Positions 1 to 11,609 are shown, counted from the stretch's first letter. The stretch is DNA of 64,000 nt from Scleropages formosus (GCF_900964775.1 NC_041806.1:16582297-16646296); one strand, 5' to 3'. The notes: generated by a model not told the origin, from the letters alone. Numbers and translations are program-made.

Positions 1-880
1 CTTTTTCCCCCGCCATCGAATCCAACTCACCACCAGGTGGTGATCAGTTGACAGCTCAGCCCCTCTCTTCACCCGAGTGTCCAAGACATATGGCCGAAGG
101 TCAGAAGAAACGACTACAAAGTCGATCATCGACCTCCGACCTAGGGTGTCCTGGTGCCAAGTGCACTGGTGGACACCCTTATGCATGAACATGGTGTTCG
201 TTATGGATAAACCGCGACTAGCACAGAAATCCAATAACAACTCACCGCTCGGGTTCAGATCAGGGAGGCCGTTCCTCCCAATCACGCCCCTCCAGGTATC
301 ACTGTCGCTGCCCACGTGGGCGTTAAAGTCCCCCAGTAGAACGACAGAGTCCCCAGTGGGAGCGCTTTCCAGCACGCCCCCCAGGGACTCTAAAAAGGCC
401 GGGTACTCTACACTGCCGCTAGGCGCATAAGCACAAACGACAGTGAGAGACCGTTCCCTGACCCGAAGGCGTAGGGAGATGACCCTCTCATTCACCGGGG
501 TAGACTCCAACACATGGCGGCTGAACTGGGGGGCTATTAATAAGCCCACACCAGCCCGCCGCCTCTCACCTTGGGCAACGCCAGAATAGTGGAGAGTCCA
601 CCCTCGATCGAGCAGAGTGGTTCCAGAACCCAAGCTGTGAGTGGAAGTGAGCCCGACTATATCTAGACGGTATCTCTCAACTTCCCGCACCAGCTCAGGC
701 TCCTTCCCCGCCAGTGAGGTGACATTCCAAGTCCCAAAAACCAGAGTTGGCGCCCGAGGTTCGGGTCGGCCGGGCACTCGGCCCCGACCACCGCCCAAAT
801 CACAACGCACCGGCCCCTTATGGTTTCTCCGGCAGGTGGTGAGCCCACCGAAGAGAGAATTACATAAAAATGTATTCCAA
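1..880 (-). mobile_element. Non-LTR retrotransposon fragment (CR1/L2/Rex-like apurinic endonuclease region), degenerate, cut by the window edge
   Basis: Reverse-complement translation of about 1-420 gives [111 protein letters not shown]. This is the canonical APE-type EN of CR1/L2-clade LINEs. Stop codons and frameshifts are present. The RT part would lie left of position 1. Confidence 0.6.
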
Positions 881-1041
881 ACATGCATATATTAACATCT
901 CTCTATAGTTTGGAGCCTGTTTCAAACTTGAAATAATTTATGACATTCTGAATCTTACTCCATAATTCTTCTTCACATGTGAAAATTTGTTTCTGGTTAT
1001 TTTCCATTCCTGACAGATTTTTTCTTACAAACTGTTCAAAA

Positions 1042-1167
1042 ATGGATCACAGACTGATATTTGCTATGACCTTGGTTGCCGGATTTTTAATACTGGAAGG
1101 AGGGACAGCCACAATCTCAACATCCGGTAACGCTACTTTCAACACATTTGATGTGCAGCCTCTCGCT
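1042..1167 (+). CDS. DOMON-repeat gene exon 1 (start codon, signal peptide)
   Basis: ATG at 1042. Encodes MDHRLIFAMTLVAGFLILEGGTATISTSGNATFNTFDVQPLA, with a hydrophobic signal-peptide-like N-terminus. The donor GTAAGT at 1168 has the same exon end ...QPL(A/T)|gtaagt as the module D exons. Confidence 0.6.
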
Positions 1168-1768
1168 GTAAGTATTGCACTTGCACGACACGTGGTATTT
1201 TCTCGGAAATAATTAATACAGACTCCGCCTGACTGCTTTCATTCACCTGTTGGTATCAATCAATTAGAATCTGAATGAGTTTTACTGGCCAGTGTGCTGA
1301 GGCACACAAGGTATTTCCTCTGGTTCTAGGTGCCTCCAATATTTACAGACAGACAGACAAACAAACAGCTGACAGAAAAAAAATTTAACTGGTTGGAAAA
1401 TGGGACTAAAAACAGGACAAATAAACAAAAAACAACAAAAGTACTGGAGGGCACCGCACTGAGGCAGCCATGTGTGGCGCCATCTTGATATATTCCGAGT
1501 TAGTAAATGGATGGTTGAAATACAGAAGCATACAGAAGTGCGCGAGTGAAGTAGCTCACACAGTCCGTGTTGTGAACCGAGAATGGTGTCACCTTCTCTT
1601 GTAACGACCTCTTTGCTATTCTGTTGCTAAATATTTTAATTAGTGTGAATTGCTGGTGTAACTCACTTCATGATGCAACTTTACAATTCTGTCTGAAATT
1701 GGTGCATAGATGATAGTAACATTAATGGTGAAGGTCGTGAATGTGTGTTGTGTTGATGTGGCCAACAG

Positions 1769-1960
1769 ACAAACATCACAAACGCAATGTGTGGACAGAG
1801 GAAGCTGTGTCTCACCATACCCACCTCCTGTGACCCAGCAGGCAGTGCACCATGTCTGTTTGCCTCCGCATCCATCTCATCGCAAGGAAACCTATTTTTT
1901 GAGCTCAGAGGGATTTCCAATGTGTACATTGTTCTGGGACTGAGCTCAGACAGCTCACTG
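1769..1960 (+). CDS. DOMON module 1 exon A (192 nt)
   Basis: Acceptor cag|ACAAAC, donor |gtaatc. Encodes TNITNAMCGQRKLCLTIPTSCDPAGSAPCLFASASISSQGNLFFELRGISNVYIVLGLSSDSSL. Confidence 0.75.
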
Positions 1961-2156
1961 GTAATCTCCATACTGCATTCCACACCTCACTCACACCTGC
2001 TTCCAGAAAAAGTACAGTTTCAAACTGTTGATGTTTAGTGGCAACGAGTCAGTATCAGATTTAGGGGACAATATACTATTTCCAGAATCATCTGTTCTTC
2101 ATTTGTGCCCTGAGACTTCAACCACTGTAGTTGTGATGGAATCTCTCCATCTAGAT

Positions 2157-3378
2157 CAGAGGTGTCAAACTCAAGGCCCGCCCCCTCATTTTATGCGGCC
2201 CGTGAGAGCTTACAAATTATTTTATTGTTATTATAAATTTTATTTTCGGGACCTGAAAATGCATCTCAGTTTCATTGCCTGCGCGATGAAGGCATCTAGT
2301 CAGTAGACGGCAATGTCTGGATATCTGTTTTATCCTGCAGCGGCGTTCTAGAAGGAGTGATAGGATTAGTAAAAAAAATACGAATAGACCCATCATGTCG
2401 AAGAAAAGAAAAGTTGATGCAAATGTATAAGTAATGATTTTTTCTTAATTTCATGAATTAAGGTAGTTTAGAATGTCACAGAGAAATCTGAGCGTGTGCT
2501 CACATCCAGCACAAGCATGTGTTTTTGTTACCTCATTTATTTTTTAAATAAACTGTACAATAGCTGTACACTTGAATACACTTTATCATTATATTTGTCC
2601 TGGGCTTCTACTTTCAAAGTTAGGTATTAATTGAGTTATTACCACAACCAGTAGTAATTGAATGCAGAGGTAATTATGTAATGTAATAAAAGAGTAGATA
2701 CATCAGAATCAGAATCAGAACGAGCTTTATTGCCAAGTATGTTCACACATACAAGGAATTTGTCTTGATGACAGAAACTTCCACAGCACAGACAGAATGA
2801 CAGTGACAAGACGCAGATGAGAAGATAGAATATATGAATAAAGGATAAAAAATGTATTAAAAAATAAAAAGTACACAATATACAAAAATAGTCACTAGAC
2901 ATTATATGTATGTACAGATATGTTCTATACAAATGCAAGGGAATGTAAGACATATGATGTGATAAATCGATAAAATTATAAATATAAATAGCATTGTGTA
3001 TTGCACTGGTTTACTCTCTAGGTGGGAATTGGCTGTTCATGAGGTAGATGGCCTGAGGAAAGAAACTTTTCTTGTGCCTGGCTGTCCTGGTGCTCAGCGC
3101 TCTCTAGCACTGGTCAGATGGCAAAGGTTCGAAGAGGAAGTGGCCTGGATGTGAGGGGTCTAGAATGATTTTGCTAGCCTTTTTACTGACTCTGGACAAG
3201 TACAGTTCTTGGAGAGCTGGGGGGTGTGCCGATGATTCTTCCAGCAGTCCGAACTATCTGCTGTAATCTTCTGATGTCTGATTTCGTACATTCATATAGT
3301 CTTCCAGTTACAACCGGCCCTTTAAGAGCAACCATAATGCTGATGCAGCCTGGGATGAAACTGAGTTTGACACCCCTG
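2157..3378. mobile_element. Non-autonomous TIR element (hAT-like MITE) inserted in intron A1-B1 of the DOMON gene; internal part carries a nested LINE 3' fragment
   Basis: Termini are CAGAGGTGTCAAACTCAAG on the left and the inverse ACTGAGTTTGACACCCCTG on the right. The flanking 8-mers atctagat and gtctagtt are an imperfect TSD. The element is absent from the paralogous intron of modules 2 and 3 (...ccatctagatgctgggatcc...). Confidence 0.45.
2690..3290 (-). mobile_element. 5'-truncated copy (3' end about 600 bp) of the same LINE family as 18303-21731
   Basis: Reverse complement matches the LINE ORF C-terminus (..QQIVRTAGRIIG..AIYLMNT*) and the 3' UTR ending in (GATTCT)n: tcagaatcagaatcagaacgagctttattgccaag. 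Confidence 0.6.
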
Positions 3379-3433
3379 GTCTAGTTGTATATTTAAATTC
3401 CTAACGCCTTTGTATTCTGTTTTTTCTATTCAG

Positions 3434-3520
3434 CAAAATGGTTTCATGTTTGCCTGTGGTCAAATGAATGGCAATGCGTCCTTTCTATACACAAATAATT
3501 CACTGAACCCAAATTACCAG
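3434..3520 (+). CDS. DOMON module 1 exon B (87 nt)
   Basis: Acceptor ttctattcag|CAAAATGG, donor |gtaaga. Encodes QNGFMFACGQMNGNASFLYTNNSLNPNYQ. Phase 0. Confidence 0.7.
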
Positions 3521-3788
3521 GTAAGATGGTACAACTTTTTGAGATCATTACAATTAAAGACACAAAACAGCACTGTAAAGAACTGGATACTGAATTTTTA
3601 TTCAGCTGTAAACCAGCTAAAATAAACTGGTATAAGGATATAGATTGATAAGTAATCATCTTGAATTCTACAGCATAACTTTCTCCTAAATGATGGTCTC
3701 TGTAAAATTCTGTAGACCAAGAGTTTAAGTTGTCATGGTATGTGGTGAAGCCTCTCTGATATATCATGACATTTTCATCTGTTTTCAG

Positions 3789-3936
3789 TACCAAGTGGTC
3801 TCAGCTTCGGGATCAGTGAGTGGGAATGTCCTTCAGTGCACCTTCCAAGTTTCTGGCCTCACTTCCTCGATCCTGAATTTTTTTACTCAGATCAACAACT
3901 TGTACGTCTTCCTTGCTACTGGCAACATCATCAATG
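3789..3936 (+). CDS. DOMON module 1 exon C (148 nt)
   Basis: Acceptor ttttcag|TACCAAG, donor G|gtaaag. Encodes YQVVSASGSVSGNVLQCTFQVSGLTSSILNFFTQINNLYVFLATGNIING. Ends in phase 1. Confidence 0.75.
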
Positions 3937-4122
3937 GTAAAGATTCACACAGTTGGTGAACGTTCACCATCTACTTTCTACACACTACTGAGCGAAACAC
4001 CGAGAAAGCAGCTCAACTGCTCTCTTCATGCTGCACAGCAAAAGAGTGATTGTTCCTAAATAAGTAATTCAAGCGCAATTAATTGTTCCTAAAACTATTC
4101 TAATGTGTAATTTATTTTGCAG

Positions 4123-4247
4123 GAATGTCACAATCATCTGCCGTTCAGTTGTTCAACACAAGCTCCATTGGCCTAATTAATATGGCCAACTTAATCACAT
4201 TCTTCAACAACCTGCTTTATGTTCCCATTTCCACGCAGCCTCTGACT
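4123..4247 (+). CDS. DOMON module 1 exon D (125 nt)
   Basis: Acceptor ttttgcag|GAATG, donor ACT|gtaagt. Encodes (G)MSQSSAVQLFNTSSIGLINMANLITFFNNLLYVPISTQPLT. Confidence 0.7.
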
Positions 4248-4700
4248 GTAAGTACACATGGAGACTAATTACTTATGTTCTCTGGATGTTAATATGTAGT
4301 TGCCATCACTGTCTTTAATTGACTTTGAGTGTTACTACCTGTATTTTTCTCTTGTTAAATGTTTGAACCAGTGTGAGATACTGCTAGTCCTAGTTTGTGA
4401 AGCTGTATGCCAGGACTCTTCATCTGATACCTGTGGACCAAATCCTTTTTCATCCAGTCCTTTAGTTGATTTTTTACATTAAAAATTAAAAAGCTATTAT
4501 GTCTGCAAAAAAAAAAAAACTTATTGGTCAAGTGGTCAGCTGAGATCTACTCATTTTATTATTCATTCCGTATTATTGGGGGTATTTTCTGTTCTCTTGA
4601 AATGAACCGTGATTGGAACAAATTTTAAGTATGATTACAAAGATATAAGAAAGACAACATACCAAGAGCATGGCATTCCAGCCTATTGTTACACAATTAA

Positions 4701-4912
4701 GGGGGTGCGGTGGCGCAGTGGGTTGGACTGCAGTCCTACTCTCCGGTGGGTCTGGGGTTCGAGTCCCGCTTGGGGTGCCTTGCGACGGACTGGCGTCCCG
4801 TCCTGGGTGTGTCCCCTCCCCCTCCAGCCTTGCGCCCTGTGTTGCCGGGTTAGGCTCCGGTTCCCCGTGACCCCCTATGGGACAAGCGGTTCTGAAAATG
4901 TGTGTGTGTGTG
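4701..4912 (+). mobile_element. tRNA-derived SINE, family 1 ((GT)n-tailed)
   Basis: Consensus-like GGGGTGCGGTGGCGCAGTGGGTTGGAC...GGGTTCGAGTCCCGC...(GT)n. TSD TTACACAATTA(A/C) flanks it. The paralogous site near 7857 is empty. Confidence 0.8.
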
Positions 4913-5280
4913 TTACACAATTACAAGTCACCCCAAGCACATTTTTCAAGATAGTTTTGTGTGTGTGATTCATATCACTTCAAATATCACCATTAATGTT
5001 AGTAAACACCCTTTGACACACAGTATTATATTTAGTGTAACTTTAAATGCTCACACACAAGTGCAGAGATTTGAGAATTACTCTGAAAATGTTTGGTCCT
5101 CCCTTCATTTTATATGTAATAATCTGCCCCTCATGAGAAAGTGGTTAAAGAACTCTGCTGTATGCTATTTAGACAAACAAAACATGGAGGATCATCGACT
5201 TACAAGTTAACACCTCAAACTGGAACAGTAACAATAATGGTGATGGTTCTGAAAATTTGTTGTGATCATGTGGTCCATAG

Positions 5281-5472
5281 GCAAGCATCACAAATGCAAC
5301 GTGTGGACAGAAGAAGCTGTGTCTCTCCACACCCACCTCCTGTGACCCAGCAGGCAGTGCATCATGTCTGTTTGCCTCCGCATCCATGTCATGGCAAGGA
5401 AACCTGGTTTTTGAGCTCAGAGGGAATTCCAGTGGGTACATTGCACTGGGACTAAGTACAGTAAACCCAACG
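5281..5472 (+). CDS. DOMON module 2 exon A (192 nt)
   Basis: Encodes ASITNATCGQKKLCLSTPTSCDPAGSASCLFASASMSWQGNLVFELRGNSSGYIALGLSTVNPT. Acceptor ccatag|, donor |gtaatc. Confidence 0.75.
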
Positions 5473-5915
5473 GTAATCTCCATACTGCATCCCATCCCTC
5501 ACTCACACCTGCTTCCAGAAAAAGCACAGTTGAAAACTGTTGATGTTTAGTGGCAACAAGTCAGTATCAGATTTAGGTGACAATGTACTATTTGCAGAAT
5601 CATCTGTTCTTCATTTGTGCCCTGAGTCTTCAACCACTGTAGTTGTGATGGAATCTCTCCATCTAGATGCTGGGATCCTTTTCTTTATTTTCCTGCTTTC
5701 ACTTACTGAGAGTATCCTGACATTAGGGTCAATGAACTATTTGCGCACTTTCTACACTGTCACCAGGCAACTGTTTACATTCATTACCTTTGTGTTTATA
5801 AGATTTGGTACACTGTAGTTATTATTATACTTGCTGACAACTAACTCCTTTGTTTATTTTGATTTTTAATTTCGATGTTTTCATTTTTTTTTTTTTTTTT
5901 TTTTATCATTTCCAG

Positions 5916-6011
5916 CTAAATTCCGTTGTGTTTGCCTGCGCACAGCAAAATGGCAGCATCTTTTTGCACACCTTCCTGCTCAAAGACAGTATTCTTTCCA
6001 ACTTCACCTCT
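5916..6011 (+). CDS. DOMON module 2 exon B (96 nt)
   Basis: Encodes LNSVVFACAQQNGSIFLHTFLLKDSILSNFTS. Polypyrimidine tract (T)n precedes acceptor tttccag|. Donor |gtgagt. Confidence 0.75.
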
Positions 6012-6294
6012 GTGAGTTTTACTATTCATTGTTTTTACACCTCACTCCATTTGGTAATACAAGACACTGTTGTAGAGTGAAAAACTGGGAATTACATGAA
6101 TTGTGATTTTTAAAGCAGTGTTACAAAGGTCTGTTTTTGTTTTTTTTCAATATAACAGTATTGAACTCCATTGTATAACTATACTGTACTGGGTTACCGT
6201 CTGTACGCTGTTAGAGGAATTTAGGCTTTATTTTGGTGTTTTGTGAAGTGGTGGTGGTCTGTGGTGACGTCAGTGGATTTCCATCTGCTTTCAG

Positions 6295-6442
6295 TACCCA
6301 GTGGTCTCAGCTTTGGGATCAGTGAGTGGGAATGTCATCCAGTGCACCATCCAAGTTTCTGGCCTCAATTCTGTGATCTTGAATTCTGTAACTCAGACCA
6401 AAAACTTGTACAGCTTCCTCGCTACTGGAAGCATCACCAACG
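6295..6442 (+). CDS. DOMON module 2 exon C (148 nt)
   Basis: Encodes YPVVSALGSVSGNVIQCTIQVSGLNSVILNSVTQTKNLYSFLATGSITNG. Donor G|gtaaag. Confidence 0.75.
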
Positions 6443-6594
6443 GTAAAGATTCACACAACTGGAGAAAGTTCACCATATACTTTCTATACACTACTGAGCG
6501 AAACACTGAGAAAGCAGCTCAACTGCTCTCTTCATGCTGCTCAGCAAAAGAGTAACTGTTCCTAAAACTATTTCCATTTATAATTTGTTTACAG

Positions 6595-6719
6595 GAATAC
6601 CAGGCCTTCCTGTCGTTCAGTTGGTCAACACAGATTTCTTTGGCCTAATGAATATGGCCAACTTCATCACCTTCTTCAACAACCTGCTTTATGCTCCCAT
6701 GGCCACACAGCCTCTGACT
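6595..6719 (+). CDS. DOMON module 2 exon D (125 nt)
   Basis: Encodes (G)IPGLPVVQLVNTDFFGLMNMANFITFFNNLLYAPMATQPLT. Donor |gtaagt. Confidence 0.75.
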
Positions 6720-6821
6720 GTAAGTACACATGGAGACAGTACACATCTGAGTTACTGTTCTCTGGATGTTAATATGTAGTTGCCATCACTGTCTTTAATT
6801 GACTTTGAGTGTTACTACGTG

Positions 6822-7029
6822 GAGAGGGGGCGCGGTGGCGCAGTGGGTTGGACCGCAGTCCTGCTCTCCGGTGGGTCTGGGGTTCGAGTCCCGCTTGGGG
6901 TGCCTTGCGATGGACTGGCGTCCCGTCCTGGGTTTGTCCCCTCCCCCCTCCGGCCTTGCGCCCTGTGTTGCCGGGTAGGCTCCGTGACCCCGTATGGGAC
7001 AAGCGGTTCTGAAGATGTGTGTGTGTGTG
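6822..7029 (+). mobile_element. tRNA-derived SINE, family 1
   Basis: 12-bp TSD TGTTACTACGTG lies at 6810-6821 and 7030-7041. The paralogous site in module 1 (near 4325, gagtgttactacctgtattttt) is empty. Confidence 0.85.
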
Positions 7030-7529
7030 TGTTACTACGTGTATTTTTCTCTTGTTAAATGTTTGAACCAGTGTGAGATACTGCTAGTCCTAGTTTGTGA
7101 AGCTGTATGCCAGGACTCTTCAGCTGGCACCTATGAACCAAACCATTTTCTTATCCAATCCTTTAGTTGATTTTTAACACTAAAAACTAAAAAGCTATTT
7201 TGTCCAAAAAAAAAAACAAAAAATGCTCTTCTTGTGAAAAATGCACCCACTCCAAATTCCTCAAACAGGAAATGGCTGTTACTTTTAGCCCCACCCACAT
7301 ACTGTCAGATTTTGATTGGATGCTTCTGACTTTCATGACTTTGTTATGAGATCCTGTATTAATCACTCTCTTTGAAAGTTAGTAAATGCAGTTTTGCTTG
7401 TTAGAAGAGAAAGAGGACCCTGGTTGTTAGATGTGTACCTTACATAAACTATATAATCAGAAATAAAGAAAAATCATGAAGGTCACCTGAGATCCACACA
7501 TTTTGTTATTCATTCTATATTCCTGCAGA

Positions 7530-7743
7530 GGGGGTGCGGTGGCGCAGTGGGTTGGACCGCAGTCCTGCTCTCGGGTGGGTCTGGGGTTCGAGTCCCGCTT
7601 GGGGTGCCTTGTGGCGGACTGGCGTCCCGTCCTGGGTGTGTCCCCTCCCCCTCCAGCCTTACGCCCTGTGTTGCCGAGTTAGGCTCCGGTTCCCCGTGAC
7701 CCCGTATGGGACAAGCGGCTCTGAAGGTGTGTGTGTGTGTGTG
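7530..7743 (+). mobile_element. tRNA-derived SINE, family 1
   Basis: 12-bp TSD TATTCCTGCAGA lies at 7518-7529 and 7744-7755. (GT)n tail. Confidence 0.85.
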
Positions 7744-8226
7744 TATTCCTGCAGATATTTTCTGTTCTCTTAAAATGAACCGTGATTGAAGCAAGTCATG
7801 AGTAAGATTCCAAAGATGTAACGAAGGCATCATATCAAGGGCATGGCATTCCAGCCTATTGTTACACAATTACAATCCAACCCCCAGTACATTTTTCAAG
7901 ATAGTTTGTGTGTGTGATTCATATCAATTCAAATATCACCATTAATGTTAGTAAACACCCTTTGACACAGTACTATGTTTAGTGTTACTTTTTATGCTCA
8001 CATGTAAGTGCAGAGATTTGAGAATTACTCTGAAAATGTTTGGTCCTCCCTTCATTTTATATGTAATAATTTGCCCCTCATGAGAAAGTAGTTAATGAAC
8101 CCTGCTCTATGCTGTCTAGACAAACAAAACATGGAGGATCATCGACTTACAAGTAACACCTCAAACTGGAACAGTAGCAATAATGGTGATGGTTCTGAAA
8201 ATTTGTTGTGATCATGTGGTTCATAG

Positions 8227-8418
8227 GCAAGCATCACAAATGCAACGTGTGGACAGAAGAAGCTGTGTCTCTCCACACCCACCTCCTGTGACCCAGCAGG
8301 CAGTGCATCATGTCTGTTTGCCTCCGCATCCATGTCATGGCAAGGAAACCTGGTTTTTGAGCTCAGAGGGAATTCCAGTGGGTACATTGCACTGGGACTG
8401 AGTACAGCAAACCTAACG
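8227..8418 (+). CDS. DOMON module 3 exon A (192 nt)
   Basis: Near-identical to module 2 exon A, with the same flanking intron sequence. Confidence 0.75.
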
Positions 8419-8831
8419 GTAATCTCCATACTGCATTCCACACCTCACTCACACCTGCTCCCAGAAAAAGTAGTTGAAAACTGCTGATGTGACAATATAC
8501 TATTTCCAGAATCATCTGTTCTTCATTTGTGCCCTGAGACTTCAACCACTGTAGTTGTGATGAAATCTCTCCATCTAGATGCTGGGATCCTCTTCTTTAT
8601 TTCCCTTCAGCTTTTTGTGAACCCTGCTTCCATTAACTGAGTGTATCGTAACATTAGGGTCAATTAACTATTTGTATACTTTCTACATTGTCACCAGGCA
8701 ACTGTTTACATGCATTACTTGTGTTGATAGGATTTAATACATTGCAGTTATTAGAATGCTCAGTAATTGCAAACTCTTTTATTTATTTTGAATTTTAATT
8801 TTAATGTTCTTCATTTGTTTATCATTTCCAG

Positions 8832-8927
8832 CAAAATTCCATTGTGCTTGCCTGCGCACAGCAAAATGGCAGCATCTTCGTGTACACCTTCCAGCTCATT
8901 GACAATATTCTGTACCAGTCCACCTTT
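8832..8927 (+). CDS. DOMON module 3 exon B (96 nt)
   Basis: Encodes QNSIVLACAQQNGSIFVYTFQLIDNILYQSTF. Donor |gtgagt. Confidence 0.75.
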
Positions 8928-9077
8928 GTGAGTTTTTACTGTTACTTGTTTTTCCACCCGACTCCGTTTAGCAATACAAGACACTGTTGCAGAGTGTTAT
9001 ATGAGCAGTCATTTATAAAGCAGACTGTTACATAGGTCTGATTTTTTCTTTTAAATTTAACTGTGTTGAACCTGGGG

Positions 9078-9295
9078 GGGCTTGGTTGCACAGCGGCTTT
9101 GGCCCGTGTCTGCTCTCTCGTGGGTCTGGGGTTCGAGTCCTGCTTGGGGTGCCGTGTGACGGACTGGCATCCCGTCCTGGGTGTGTCCCCTCCCCCTCCA
9201 GCGTTACCCCCTGTGTTGCCGGGTTAGGCTCCGGCTCGCTGCGACCCCGCTCGGGACAATCAGTTTCAGTCAATGTGTGTGTGCGTGTGTGTGAG
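9078..9295 (+). mobile_element. tRNA-derived SINE, family 1 (diverged copy)
   Basis: Same architecture with several substitutions. Lies in intron B3-C3. The paralogous introns near 6150 and 10800 lack it. Confidence 0.7.
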
Positions 9296-9406
9296 TATTG
9301 AACTTTGTAGTATAACTTTACTGTACTGGGTTACAGTCTGTACACTGGTAAAGGCAATGAGACTTTATTGTGGTGGTGACATCAATGGATTTCCATCTGT
9401 TTTCAG

Positions 9407-9554
9407 AACCCAGTGGTCTCAGCTTCGGGATCAGTGAGTGGGAATGTCATTCAGTGCACCTTCCAAGTTCCTGGTCTGAATTACGTAATCTTGAATTCTG
9501 TAACTCAAGCCAAAAACTTGTCCGTCTTCCTTGCTACTGGCAGCATCACCAACG
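9407..9554 (+). CDS. DOMON module 3 exon C (148 nt)
   Basis: Encodes NPVVSASGSVSGNVIQCTFQVPGLNYVILNSVTQAKNLSVFLATGSITNG. Confidence 0.75.
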
Positions 9555-9686
9555 GTAAAGATTCACACAACCATTTACTTTCTATACACTACTGACACTG
9601 AGAAAGCAGCTCAACTGCCCTCTTCATGCTGCTCGGCAAAAGAGTAACTGTTTCTAAAACTATTTTCATTTATAATTTATTTACAG

Positions 9687-9811
9687 GAATGCCAGGCCTT
9701 CCTGCCGTTCAGTTGGTCAACACAGATTTCGTTGGCCTAATGAATATGGTCAACTTCATCACCTTCTTCAACAACCTGCTTTATGTTCCCATGGCCACAC
9801 AGTCTCTGACT
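9687..9811 (+). CDS. DOMON module 3 exon D (125 nt)
   Basis: Encodes (G)MPGLPAVQLVNTDFVGLMNMVNFITFFNNLLYVPMATQSLT. Donor |gtacgt. Confidence 0.7.
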
Positions 9812-10114
9812 GTACGTACACATGGAGACAGTGAACATATGAGTCACTAGGAAACTGAACAGACTCTGATTACTTGTTTCTGTCCTCTGGATGTTAATGT
9901 GTAGTTGCCATCAATGTCTTTTACTGACTTTGAGTGTTATTTCTATATCTCTTTTCTTAAATGTTTTAAGCAGTGTGAGATACTGCTAGATTGTGAAGTT
10001 GTACGCTGCTGAGACAAAAAAAAGCCTGAAGTATTTCCAAGTGACACCTGAAACTAGTGCACTTATGACAGTAACAGTGATGATGAAGGTTCTTAATGTA
10101 TGTTATGATTACAG

Positions 10115-10315
10115 ACAAGCATCACTCGCACAACCTGTGGGAACAGCAAGCTGTGTGTGGCAACACCAGTATTATGCAACCCAGCAGGCAGTACTCCGTG
10201 TCTGTTTGCCTCCATCACCAACACTTCCTCACTACAGAACACCAATGTCACTATAGAACTTCGAGGGGATTCTAGTGGCTACGTTGCAGTAGGAGGGAGC
10301 TTAACACAATCAACG
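10115..10315 (+). CDS. DOMON module 4 exon A (201 nt)
   Basis: Encodes TSITRTTCGNSKLCVATPVLCNPAGSTPCLFASITNTSSLQNTNVTIELRGDSSGYVAVGGSLTQST. Three codons longer than other A exons. Donor |gtaaca. Confidence 0.7.
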
Positions 10316-10557
10316 GTAACATCTGCACCATGTACACCCTACTTTTATTTACTTACATTAATTTACTTACATATATTTACTTACTTATATCCTTACATTA
10401 TGGTTAATGAACTGTTTGTTCAGTATTTACACTCTCTCCAGGCTTTGCATTTATAGGTTTCAATACACTCTAGTTATAATAATGCTCAGTTACTACTATA
10501 TCTTGTCTTAAATCTCAATTTGAATTTTGATGTTCTTCATTTGTTTATCATTTCCAG

Positions 10558-10653
10558 CAAAATTCCATTGTGTATGCCTGTGCACAGCAAAATGGCAGCA
10601 TCTTCGTGTACACCTTCCAGTCCATTGACAATATTCTGTACCAGTCCACCTTA
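10558..10653 (+). CDS. DOMON module 4 exon B (96 nt)
   Basis: Encodes QNSIVYACAQQNGSIFVYTFQSIDNILYQSTL. Confidence 0.7.
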
Positions 10654-10934
10654 GTGAGTTTTTACTGTTAATTAGTTTTTCCACCTCTGTCTGTTTGATA
10701 ATACAGACACTGTCATAGAGTGTAGAACTGGGAATTACATGAACAGTGATTTATAAACCACACTGTTGCATAGGTCTGTTTTTTAATTTAAATATAACAC
10801 TGTTGAACTTTGTGGTATAACTTTACTGTACTGGGTTACAGTCTGTAGACTGTTAAAGGCAATGAGGCTTTATTTTGGTGTTGTGAAGTGGTGGTGGGCT
10901 GTGGTGACATCAATGGATTTCCATCTACTTTCAG

Positions 10935-11082
10935 TACCCAGTGCTCTCTGCTTTGGGATCAGTGAGTGGGAATGTCATTCAGTGCACTTTCCAAGTTTAT
11001 GGCCTCAGTTCCTTGGTTCTGGGTTCTGGTCATCAGATCAGAGACCTGTATGCCTTCCTTGCTAATGGCAGCATCACCAACG
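10935..11082 (+). CDS. DOMON module 4 exon C (148 nt)
   Basis: Encodes YPVLSALGSVSGNVIQCTFQVYGLSSLVLGSGHQIRDLYAFLANGSITNG. Confidence 0.7.
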
Positions 11083-11252
11083 GTAAAAATCACGCAATTG
11101 ATGAGAGTTCACCAATACAAGTTTTTGCCACATACTGTAGTGCTGAACCAAACACAGTGAATTCAGCACTTTATAACATTCATCCTGAACTGAATCTTGT
11201 GTACTTTTCTTATGAATAAGTTAATGAATAGCATGATTGATCTTGTTCCCAG

Positions 11253-11338
11253 GAATACTGCAAGCTCCTGTCATTCAGTTGTCACCTACGTCACTCAACA
11301 GTAACAGTGTCATCCCCATTCCTACACTACCTCTCACA
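11253..11338 (+). CDS. DOMON module 4 exon D (86 nt, shortened)
   Basis: Encodes (G)ILQAPVIQLSPTSLNSNSVIPIPTLPLT. Donor ACA|gtaagg. Keeps phase 2-in/0-out like other D exons. Confidence 0.6.
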
Positions 11339-11609
11339 GTAAGGATAAGTGTATTGCTCCTTGGGAAATAACTAATGCAGTCTCACATTGTTGTTTTGTC
11401 CTCATTTTTGATCAACCTAGAATTGAAACAGACACAAAAATTGTCTAGAGATGAACTACTGCAGAATCAGGGAAATTACCTTGGACATGGGTTCAACAGC
11501 AGGAGTGGGATTTGAACTGTATACATGAAATAGATGCTGAAATTGGGGAAATGAAGACATCAATAACGGTGAAGATTTTTAATTTGTGTTATCATGATGT
11601 TGAAAACAG

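Noticed and set aside
2028-2306. Conserved ORFs MMFSGN(E/K)SVSDLGDN... at 2028-2306 and 5540-5818 (and the equivalent near 8480), and minus-strand ORFs 1681-1983 / 5169-5495 / 8139-8441
   Set aside because: They are conserved only because the whole intron was tandemly duplicated with the DOMON module. They are antisense or out-of-frame readings of exon A and its flanking intron, with no splice or domain support.
4609-4968. ORF-track ORFs of 60-147 aa overlapping SINE copies (for example 4609-4968, 6780-7058, 7510-7869, 9028-9301, 22938-23378, 35213-35536, 41445-41779, 46686-47268, 53182-53537, 59564-60008)
   Set aside because: These are translations of the GC-rich SINE family 1 in several frames. 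The same peptide strings ([20 protein letters not shown]...) recur at every SINE copy in both orientations.
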